Notes under the pieces: model-generated | Told to the model about the DNA's origin: nothing | Databases searched by the model: none | What the model saw: the letters and a program-made list of their open reading frames with translations, nothing else | In this document: positions 6,707-13,272 of the stretch, piece after piece | Layout of the letters: each line of letters begins with the position of its first letter | How positions within the stretch are numbered: the first letter of the stretch is position 1 | Made by a program: the position numbers and the translations under genes | Origin: a virus | Lineage: Duplodnaviria > Heunggongvirae > Uroviricota > Caudoviricetes | DNA: 14,811 nt | Virus record (IMG/VR): IMGVR_UViG_3300012925_000006 | Strand: one strand, 5' to 3'

Positions 6707-6922
6707 TTATAAATTTCTGGAATCATTAGGATTATTATTTTCAGTTTCCGTGTCGAAGTCTTCTTCGTCGCCAAAAATAAATTCGTCTTCATCCTCTGCA
6801 ATGTTGTCGGGCCATCCGCAGGAATCACATTGTTGCCAATCCCATTCCTCTGATCCCGGTCCCCATATTGACTGACAATTAGGACATTCATTAAGCATAA
6901 CGCGGCGCTGTTTCTTTGCCAT
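6707..6922 (-). CDS. Small zinc-ribbon protein with acidic tail
   Basis: CPNC...CDSC followed by EDEDEFIFGDEEDFDTETE; start overlaps the upstream stop by 1 nt. Confidence 0.72.
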   Translation of the reverse strand: MAKKQRRVMLNECPNCQSIWGPGSEEWDWQQCDSCGWPDNIAEDEDEFIFGDEEDFDTETENNNPNDSRNL

Positions 6923-7248
6923 TAGAGTACTTTTTTATCCATAAAAATGATCACTTTTGTTTGTCCCGCCCTTGTATCAATCGGTATTATTACCCCATCA
7001 CATCGATCTTTCTCCTCTTTAGAAAAATTATGCCATTTTTGAGGAAGGGTATATTGGCCTTTTTGAATAGCAACGGGTACAGGACCACATCCATTTCTGT
7101 TTACTGCGGATGATCCGTAACTATACCCATTCTCATGAAGCCAACCAGTAGCTTGATACCAACTACCGAAGGTTCTGCCATCTGCTTCAAATATTTTCTC
7201 TTCCTTGATTTGACGGCCATTATAAAGTTTATTTTGTATTTCTGCCAT
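6922..7248 (-). CDS. Conserved-looking hypothetical phage protein
   Basis: 108 aa; TFGSWYQATGWLHENGYSYGS...PVAIQKGQY...KWHNFSKEEKDRCDGVI pattern recalled from phage hypotheticals. Confidence 0.78.
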   Translation of the reverse strand: MAEIQNKLYNGRQIKEEKIFEADGRTFGSWYQATGWLHENGYSYGSSAVNRNGCGPVPVAIQKGQYTLPQKWHNFSKEEKDRCDGVIIPIDTRAGQTKVIIFMDKKVL

Positions 7249-7251
7249 GAT

Positions 7252-7749
7252 TTACTTTTTAATATTTAATCCAAATAATTCCGTAGCTATTCCATAAGGA
7301 GATCCAGACTGATCATAGATTCCCGGTTCTCTTTTTATTTTTCCTTGATTAATTTCTCCTGCCATAGCTATGTCTAATTCTCGTCGGCGAGACTTTTCAA
7401 CCAATAATTTATATCTATTAATAGGGAGGCCATTTTCATCTATCAGGGGGAATGCCGGAACTTTAGGTACGCTCATTTCCTTTCTTAGATATAAAGATTG
7501 CAACATTGGATTGCTTACTGCCACTCCCATTATTTTAGCCAATTCAGGAAGATCATATTTTAAATAATTTTCTCTAGCAAACTCTTCTCTGGCTTGAGTT
7601 GGAGAGAAAAGCGATAAGTTGTTGGCTTTTAAAAGGCGTCTTACAGAAGCGCTATCTATCCCGCAATGTTCTGCTAATTCCTCTGCGGTTTCGTATTCGT
7701 GATTAATTGCCAAATATTCAAGGATATCCTCTTTACTTTTGCTTTCCAT
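7252..7749 (-). CDS. Tandem-HTH DNA-binding protein
   Basis: Two HTH-like repeats (YETAEELAEHCGIDSASVRRLL; YDLPELAKIMGVAVS) and a C-terminal REPGIYDQ similar to RPPSEYSN of ORF 8756-9070. Confidence 0.72.
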   Translation of the reverse strand: MESKSKEDILEYLAINHEYETAEELAEHCGIDSASVRRLLKANNLSLFSPTQAREEFARENYLKYDLPELAKIMGVAVSNPMLQSLYLRKEMSVPKVPAFPLIDENGLPINRYKLLVEKSRRRELDIAMAGEINQGKIKREPGIYDQSGSPYGIATELFGLNIKK

Positions 7750-8009
7750 GACAATTGCTTTTTAAGGTGTAAATGATAGAGTCTTTTAATACAATAATCT
7801 CTGGATTTTAGATAACAAAATGATTTTAGATTTTGAGTCTCCGAAATTACATCAGGATATTTTTTAACCATGTTGCACAAAAGCATATACACATTGGATG
7901 ATGCAACTAATGCTTCACTATCTTTTTTTAAAAAGCCTTTGCAAAAAGTAAGCAATCCAGGTTCGATATCTATCCAAAAGGATTCTAGTTCATCATTTAT
8001 GATATTCAT
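7674..8009 (-). CDS. Protein resembling an isolated ECF sigma-70 region 2
   Basis: IEPGLLTFCKGFLKKDSEALVASSNVYMLL...NLKSFCYLKSRDYCIKRLYH aligns by eye with the Bacteroidota ECF sigma2 pattern (L..FA..YL...EAEDIVQDVF..LW...NLKSYLY...RN.CLN.L.H). No region 4 in frame. Confidence 0.55.
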   Translation of the reverse strand: MNIINDELESFWIDIEPGLLTFCKGFLKKDSEALVASSNVYMLLCNMVKKYPDVISETQNLKSFCYLKSRDYCIKRLYHLHLKKQLSWKAKVKRISLNIWQLITNTKPQRN

Positions 8010-8033
8010 AGTTGAAGGGTTTGAGATGTAAAG

Positions 8034-8075
8034 AAATAATATTATTTTGATATTGACAAATTTATTTTATATTTG
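8034..8075. promoter_or_regulatory. Overlapping divergent promoters with a palindromic operator candidate
   Basis: Plus strand: TTTG (8046-8049), 18-nt spacer, TATATTTG (8068-8075). Minus strand: TAAATTTG (8064-8057), no clear -33. Perfect 14-bp palindrome AAATAATATTATTT at 8034-8047. Confidence 0.6.
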
Positions 8076-8079
8076 CCTT

Positions 8080-8241
8080 ATGAAGGTATCAGATACGTTA
8101 CAGTTTGTATATAGATTCTTAAACATAAATCAGAAAGATAGTTTGAGAAGAATTGCAGAAAAGAAACGGTCTTCCCTTAACAAGGAGGTCCATCAGGCAA
8201 TAGAAACGCATATAGGTAAAAATAAAAAATATTTAAAATAA
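8080..8241 (+). CDS. Arc-like ribbon-helix-helix repressor (53 aa)
   Basis: From ATG 8080: MKVSDTLQFVYRFLNINQKDSLRRIAEKKRSSLNKEVHQAIETHI, with a beta-strand followed by the LxxxAxxxxRSxNxEI-type helices of Arc/MetJ. Confidence 0.75.
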   Translation: MKVSDTLQFVYRFLNINQKDSLRRIAEKKRSSLNKEVHQAIETHIGKNKKYLK

Positions 8242-8759
8242 TGGGATTAGAAGAACTTAGACGCATCCGAGAGGACAGAGATAAGCCAAAGGAGAAAAAA
8301 GTCTATCGGCTAAAATCTATGTCGGACAAGAAGAAAAAAGAACTTGAAGAAGGGAAAGAGTCTGTTTCTAACGAAAAATCATTAAAGCCAACTGTTTCTG
8401 GCAATGCTGAGTTAACAAGGTGGTTTATTGATCGGAGGGTTGAAATGACTGGAATCTGTCTTCATTGTGGCGGGAAGTCCTGCAAAACAAGTGATCAATA
8501 TTTCAAGTTTTCTATTGCCCATATTCTTTCTAAAAACATCTTCAAGTCGGTAAAAACCAACCCTTTAAACTGGATTGAACTTTGTTTTTGGTCCCCATCC
8601 TGCCATACGAATCTAGACAATAAAACTTTAGACATTATGGATCTTAACTGTTTTGATATAGTTATAAAAAGATTTGTTGCCATGTACCCGGACATTGCAG
8701 CAAAAGAAAAAAAATATATCCCGGATATTTTATTACAATATATAGAGGTAGAAAAATGA
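8241..8759 (+). CDS. HNH/His-Me finger nuclease (NinG/Ref-like) with charged N-terminal extension
   Basis: CLHCGG...AHILSK...NPLNWIELC...CHTNLD gives the CxxC, H, N, C..CH arrangement of zinc-binding HNH nucleases. Confidence 0.75.
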   Translation: MGLEELRRIREDRDKPKEKKVYRLKSMSDKKKKELEEGKESVSNEKSLKPTVSGNAELTRWFIDRRVEMTGICLHCGGKSCKTSDQYFKFSIAHILSKNIFKSVKTNPLNWIELCFWSPSCHTNLDNKTLDIMDLNCFDIVIKRFVAMYPDIAAKEKKYIPDILLQYIEVEK

Positions 8760-9070
8760 AAGCAGAAATGACCGAAGAGCAAAAGACTTGGATTGAGCTT
8801 CACTCTGAGGAATATGATATACCAGAAATGGCTAAAATTAAAGGTCTATCCTATCAGCAAGTATACAACTTCTGTGAAAGGTATAATTTAAAATATAAGC
8901 TCACTCGAAAAGAACCCGGAAGAAGTGGAATATATAAACAACGATTAGTACCTAATGAATATGGTAATGAAGTAATTCCTGATCCTCCACGTAAATGGGA
9001 AAGACCACCTAGCGAATATTCAAATACACAACGGGATGAACTGATTAATAAAATACTCAATAATGACTAA
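8756..9070 (+). CDS. HTH DNA-binding protein (related to 7252-7749)
   Basis: YDIPEMAKIKGLSYQQVYNFCERYNL HTH; C-terminal RPPSEYSN; 4-nt overlap with the upstream gene. Confidence 0.75.
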   Translation: MKAEMTEEQKTWIELHSEEYDIPEMAKIKGLSYQQVYNFCERYNLKYKLTRKEPGRSGIYKQRLVPNEYGNEVIPDPPRKWERPPSEYSNTQRDELINKILNND

Positions 9071-9449
9071 AATAAAAACGCTAACGCTTGATTATTCTAA
9101 ATGGAGATCCGGAGACGATGGCCCGAATAAGGTTGGATATGGCCCCACTCAATTATTAAATAAAGAAAACTCGTCTTGTTGTCTAGGACAATGGTGTATA
9201 CAATTTGGAATCCCAGAAGATGATTTAATTAATCTAGGAGAGCCGAGCGAACTAAAAAAAGAAATCCCTTATTTGGCAGAAGAAACGGAATCTGGTGTTT
9301 GGAATACACATCTTAGTTTTGATTGCATTAGCATTAATGATCGAATATCCACCACTCCTGAAGAAAAAATATCCGCATTGACGGAACGTTTAAAAAAAGA
9401 AGGAATTGAATTAATTGTAATAAATAAACCTATCAATAATGGAAAATAA
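9063..9449 (+). CDS. Hypothetical phage protein (CCLG motif)
   Basis: 128 aa; overlaps both neighbours; SCCLGQ...IxINDR pattern. Confidence 0.78.
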   Translation: MTKIKTLTLDYSKWRSGDDGPNKVGYGPTQLLNKENSSCCLGQWCIQFGIPEDDLINLGEPSELKKEIPYLAEETESGVWNTHLSFDCISINDRISTTPEEKISALTERLKKEGIELIVINKPINNGK

Positions 9450-9858
9450 AGAATTTAGATGGACTTCCGAATTAGTTACAGAGTTTTATAATTGGTTAGA
9501 TGGCAGATCAGGCGCACCTCTAACTGTGGCATCAATGAATGAATTTAAAAAATCAAAAGCACCTAATTCCTTGTTCACTACTCAGGACGGCGAATCCATT
9601 TATGAAGGTGATAAATACTATTATATTTATATAAATCCTGGCATAAGCAAAACATGGTTTATTTATTGTGATGGAGAGGCCGAATCTCCTCTCATTCATG
9701 GAGATAAACAATTCAAAACAGAAAGATCGGCCAGCGAATGGATAACTTGGAATAGGCCGTTACTGAGTCTTAAAGAAGTTGATAGTTTATATACGACCAG
9801 ATGCTCTAATGCTCTGTTCATAGAAGAAATTAAGCATCTTGTAAAATCAAAAATATGA
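9439..9858 (+). CDS. Hypothetical phage protein (LFTTxDG motif)
   Basis: 139 aa; contains LFTTQDGESIYEGDKYY, shared with the truncated ORF at 1-106. Confidence 0.78.
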   Translation: MENKEFRWTSELVTEFYNWLDGRSGAPLTVASMNEFKKSKAPNSLFTTQDGESIYEGDKYYYIYINPGISKTWFIYCDGEAESPLIHGDKQFKTERSASEWITWNRPLLSLKEVDSLYTTRCSNALFIEEIKHLVKSKI

Positions 9859-10073
9859 AATATATACTCATAATTATGCTTTGCTGTTCTATGTATTCAT
9901 CGAAGGGTCAAACAAGGGTAGTAATGATTGGGCCTCCCGGAGATCCCTCAAAAGGAGGATTAACTGGCCTTACTGGCTGTACGATAAACCATGTGTGTTT
10001 ACCCAATAAAATAAAGCATAAAAGGCGCAGAATAAATCCACGATGGGTTGTAGAAAAAAATCCCCACCAATAG
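9855..10073 (+). CDS. Small putative secreted peptide
   Basis: MKYILIIMLCCSMYSSKG-Q looks like a signal peptide with Gln at +1. Basic tail KIKHKRRR. 4-nt overlap with the upstream gene. Confidence 0.6.
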   Translation: MKYILIIMLCCSMYSSKGQTRVVMIGPPGDPSKGGLTGLTGCTINHVCLPNKIKHKRRRINPRWVVEKNPHQ

Positions 10074-10109
10074 GCAGGGATTTGAAGGGATGTTTCAGGA
10101 ATAGCTCTT

Positions 10110-10622
10110 TTAATGCGTTGTCTGATCGAAATTAAAGGCACTTCCAACTGCTAATGCAGGAGTTGCAGTAAAGGACAATGTTCCTTGGCTTTGAGGTAAT
10201 GGAGTCCCATTTACATCCTGAGCATCAAAGGTAATAATGCCGTCGCTCGCTGTTCCGGGAGTCGTTTCTGTTACTACAAAAGCTTCCTCTTTAGCACCAG
10301 GGGCAACTGTAAAACCCGGCGGATTACCACTAGGCCCTGCAATTACGGCATACACGCAAGAACCTACTTTATAGGCTGAATCAGGAAGAACATTATCCTT
10401 TACATCTACCGGCGAATTAAAGCCAGTGACCGGTGTCCCGGTTGGTACACTTAAAATTGCATTACTCATTGCTGAAGATTTATAGTTTAAAAATTGAAAT
10501 GTAAATAAATTTTTTCTGTGATCAATTGGAGGCGTTAAGAGCCTATCAATAATTTTCAAAGATAATTTATTCAAGTCTATTAACTCCTGAATTATTTTTA
10601 AATCTTGGTTATGTCCGAACAT
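10110..10622 (-). CDS. Beta-rich (Ig-like?) protein with N-terminal helical extension; possible second start at 10469
   Basis: The C-terminal 119 aa (MSNAILSVPTG...) are T/P/G/V/A-rich with alternating beta-strand patterns. The best upstream start is the ATG at 10622 (AAAATAT-ATG). The track start at 10655 is a GTG. Confidence 0.65.
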   Translation of the reverse strand: MFGHNQDLKIIQELIDLNKLSLKIIDRLLTPPIDHRKNLFTFQFLNYKSSAMSNAILSVPTGTPVTGFNSPVDVKDNVLPDSAYKVGSCVYAVIAGPSGNPPGFTVAPGAKEEAFVVTETTPGTASDGIITFDAQDVNGTPLPQSQGTLSFTATPALAVGSAFNFDQTTH

Positions 10623-10682
10623 ATATTTTAAAAGTTTACAGATCATATACAACACAATTTATGCCATTTTATTAAAAAGCTC

Positions 10683-10712
10683 TTTGAAATACAAAGTGAA
10701 AATTATTTCAAA
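10683..10712. promoter_or_regulatory. 9-bp inverted repeat, operator candidate
   Basis: TTTGAAATA (10683-10691), 12-nt spacer, TATTTCAAA (10704-10712), in the only intergenic gap between the sigma gene and the Ig-like gene. Confidence 0.45.
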
Positions 10713-10739
10713 TAAAATGACCTTCGAGCACTCCTCCTA

Positions 10740-11195
10740 CTATTGGTAACATATCTTCTTAAGTTTATTGATGGCTTCTCTCTTTCTATATCTTATCGTG
10801 GAGTGATTGGAGCCTGTTATTTGGGCAATTTCTACCCCATCATATCCCTCTAATGTCAAAGATAATACTTCTCTTTGTTTAGGAGGTAATAGCTTTATAG
10901 ATTGCAATTCCTCCCATCTTTCTTCTTTATATATTGGCATATTGATTATTTTATTTTGCTCCACTTTCATTCTTCTAAAGGCGTCTACTCCTCTTTGCCG
11001 AATAAAAAAGCATAGTAACTTAGAAGGTTCATCCGTCTGAAATATTCCCCGCCTCCATGTATCCATAAAGACTTGATGTACTAAATCTTCTGGCTGTAAT
11101 ATAGTATGATTCATTCTTCTAAGAAATGTCCGGGCATATCCATAGCATTCTTTATAATATCTATTGTAAAGATCAGTGAACCTTTCGGCAGTCAT
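10740..11195 (-). CDS. ECF-type RNA polymerase sigma-70 factor (151 aa)
   Basis: Region 2: FTDLYNRYYKECYGYARTFL...PEDLVHQVFMDTW...IRQRGVDAFRR. Region 4: LPPKQREVLSLTLEGYDGVEIAQITGSNHSTIRYRKREAINKLK. Likely start is the ATG at 11195. Confidence 0.9.
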   Translation of the reverse strand: MTAERFTDLYNRYYKECYGYARTFLRRMNHTILQPEDLVHQVFMDTWRRGIFQTDEPSKLLCFFIRQRGVDAFRRMKVEQNKIINMPIYKEERWEELQSIKLLPPKQREVLSLTLEGYDGVEIAQITGSNHSTIRYRKREAINKLKKICYQ

Positions 11196-11358
11196 AATAG
11201 AGATTATTTTTTTCAACCCATTTAGTGAACATGTGAATGCCAAATCCGGGGATAAACCTTTTATTCCCAAAGCGTATCCGGAATTCAAAGGGAACAGTTA
11301 TATATAGAAAAAAATCAATTATATTAAATAAAGCTATTGTTGTTATGATATTATTCAT
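11173..11358 (-). CDS. Small hydrophobic (membrane) protein, 61 aa
   Basis: The ATG at 11358 forms an ATGA overlap with the upstream stop (11355-11358). MNNIITTIALFNIIDFFLYITVPF is a hydrophobic N-terminus. Confidence 0.6.
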   Translation of the reverse strand: MNNIITTIALFNIIDFFLYITVPFEFRIRFGNKRFIPGFGIHMFTKWVEKNNLYYDCRKVH

Positions 11359-12260
11359 TCCCGTTCCTCCTTTTTGGAATAATCTTCTCCTAAACCCTTT
11401 AGCAATTGTTTCAGCTCCGCATTCTCTAGGTTCTTTCCTTCGAGGATGGCCGATAGGGTGTTGCATTCGTCCTTCCAGGTTTGTAGCTCTTTTAGGGCGA
11501 AGTCCCGCTCTTTGCGGATATCCATAATTTCCTGGAGGTTTGTTTCGTTTTCCACTTTTCGGAGTTGGGCAGTCTTCAGCAAGAGTTTTCTGTTTTCCTC
11601 ATAGGCGGCATCTCGTTCGGCAAAAGCTCGCTGATAATTGTCGGTCATGGAGGAGAGTTGGGATTGAAGGGAGGCGATTTCGTCCCGCAAATTTTCGACA
11701 TAAACGTGCGTGCCGGAAAGAGCACAATCCAGACAGCTTACGGCACGTTTATCGCCTATAAATGATTTCTCGCAATAACAGCATTTGCATGAATAATTCC
11801 CGGGAGCATATGCGCCTACAGGCCAGGGCTTTGTATTCTTGATTCTATACAGCAGGTTTTCGTATTGAGCTTTCCATTCTTCTCCGCCTTCGTAGACGGC
11901 ATTGATATGCGCCTGAAATTCAAAGGCCAGTCGAGCAGCTAAAGAATCGTAATTCCCATCGGACATTTCGTCTTCAATAGTTTTTTTAATCCATTTGGCA
12001 TATTCCTTTTGATCAGATAAAGCCGCTTCCGACGATTGCCGGTCAAAATCCGATTGGCTCATTCCGGCTTCGCTCGCCATTTGCCGGCATTCTATTTTTG
12101 CGCATTCGGGGCATTCGTCATCATATCGAAGCTGATGAGTTACACAAAATTCTTGATTCATTTCTAATGGTTTGAAATATTCTTTACAATGATCACATTG
12201 ATTAATACAAGGAGATTTGCCTTCTATGGCTCTTTGACAATGGGGCTTAGGTTGGTTCAT
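11355..12260 (-). CDS. Mosaic Cys-rich/coiled-coil phage protein
   Basis: N-terminal Cys/His clusters, a central GAYAPGNYSCKCCYCEKSFIGDKRAVSCLDCA zinc-finger-like module and a C-terminal heptad-rich coiled coil. Confidence 0.78.
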   Translation of the reverse strand: MNQPKPHCQRAIEGKSPCINQCDHCKEYFKPLEMNQEFCVTHQLRYDDECPECAKIECRQMASEAGMSQSDFDRQSSEAALSDQKEYAKWIKKTIEDEMSDGNYDSLAARLAFEFQAHINAVYEGGEEWKAQYENLLYRIKNTKPWPVGAYAPGNYSCKCCYCEKSFIGDKRAVSCLDCALSGTHVYVENLRDEIASLQSQLSSMTDNYQRAFAERDAAYEENRKLLLKTAQLRKVENETNLQEIMDIRKERDFALKELQTWKDECNTLSAILEGKNLENAELKQLLKGLGEDYSKKEERE

Positions 12261-12268
12261 GGTATTAG

Positions 12269-12544
12269 TTATTTAAATACTTCTGATAGATCAACGCCCA
12301 TTAATTTAGCTATTTCTTTAAGTTTGGAAACCTTATCTTCCATTTCGCAGTGAGGCTGTCCGGTTTGTTCGTCGTAAAGTTTTGCTTTTTTGAGAATGGC
12401 TTTCATTTCCTCAACTTCTTTTTTCAAAGCATCGAATTCGATTTTCGTCACTTCTTGATTTTGGACTCTTTTGAATAAATCGGAATAGTCTGGTTGTTTC
12501 CACTTGTCCGTAAAATGGTCGCCCATAAATGATACTATACACAT
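12269..12544 (-). CDS. Conserved-looking hypothetical phage protein (MCxVS...CE motif)
   Basis: MCIVSFMGDHF...EFDALKKEVEEMK...AKLYDEQTGQPHCE...GVDL, recalled as a widespread phage hypothetical family. Confidence 0.8.
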   Translation of the reverse strand: MCIVSFMGDHFTDKWKQPDYSDLFKRVQNQEVTKIEFDALKKEVEEMKAILKKAKLYDEQTGQPHCEMEDKVSKLKEIAKLMGVDLSEVFK

Positions 12545-12584
12545 ATTTTTTATTTTAGGTTATACTTCTAAATGATTGTTAAGG

Positions 12585-12941
12585 TTAATTATCCTTACAA
12601 GGAATTGTAAATATACTTTGTAAGTCTTGGAAGAACTTGGATGAAGAATCTATATACATTGCAAAGGCCGGCTTGTTGCCCTTTACCCCATGAATAGTAT
12701 ATAATCTTGCCAAATCCTCCGCATCAGAGCTATCTCGAAGATGTATATAGAATATGCCAACTTGTTTATTGGTTACGTCCGACGCTTCAATTATATGTGA
12801 ACTGCAATCTTGGGAAAAGGCTTCCATTCTCATATTATATGGGATTGCTGTCATTCGAGATCGATAAAGGAGGCTTCCAATAAATAAAAGAACAATATTC
12901 AGGGCTACTGAACCGGCAAAAAGCATTTTATCTGTATTCAT
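12585..12941 (-). CDS. Hypothetical membrane-anchored protein
   Basis: N-terminal transmembrane segment LFAGSVALNIVLLFIGSLLY followed by a soluble domain. Confidence 0.72.
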   Translation of the reverse strand: MNTDKMLFAGSVALNIVLLFIGSLLYRSRMTAIPYNMRMEAFSQDCSSHIIEASDVTNKQVGIFYIHLRDSSDAEDLARLYTIHGVKGNKPAFAMYIDSSSKFFQDLQSIFTIPCKDN

Positions 12942-12972
12942 TGTGGATTTTTATCTCTGTTTGTAATGAAGG

Positions 12973-13218
12973 TTATAATTTAGTGATCCCCTTGTCAATC
13001 AATAATGACGTTGCCTGCCCCCTCGTAAGTGTAGGGAAAGAGGACTCGACTGCTTGTTGTAAAAGGTCTAGAAGTTCGTTTGCATCAGTGAATACGATAG
13101 CATTTTTTATCGGCACTAATTCCCCTCTTTGTGGCGCTCCTGTTTTTATGGGACAGGCTTCAAACTTCCCTTCAAAATCAGGAACATATACTTTTTCTTC
13201 CCCCGCATATTGCCTCAT
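12973..13218 (-). CDS. Hypothetical protein (81 aa)
   Basis: Co-oriented ORF directly downstream of recA. Confidence 0.65.
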   Translation of the reverse strand: MRQYAGEEKVYVPDFEGKFEACPIKTGAPQRGELVPIKNAIVFTDANELLDLLQQAVESSFPTLTRGQATSLLIDKGITKL

Positions 13219-13272
13219 AACTAATTGATTTACTGTTTATTATCTTTAATTTCAGCTTTCCAGATAGATAGA

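Noticed and set aside
8047-8079. Upstream extension of the Arc-like ORF (likewise 5302-5367, 11196-11288 and 11359-11466 for other ORFs)
   Set aside because: These extensions overlap promoter elements or upstream genes. The downstream ATGs give better coupling and domain boundaries.
10074-10109. Bidirectional terminator expected between the convergent blocks
   Set aside because: No convincing stem-loop with T-tracts could be found in the 36-nt gap.
10659-10667. Two-codon mini-ORF (ATG GCA TAA, minus strand) with good initiation context upstream of the Ig-like gene
   Set aside because: Easily arises by chance in AT-rich DNA; no further support.
11173-11358. Holin call for the small membrane ORFs (also 790-1116 and 12585-12941)
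   Set aside because: No endolysin or spanin nearby, and each has only one hydrophobic segment in an early-gene context.
12942-12950. DnaA-box-like TGTGGATTT (also CCATCCACA near 4106)
   Set aside because: Each has two mismatches to the consensus and is isolated; there is no cluster suggesting an oriC-like site.
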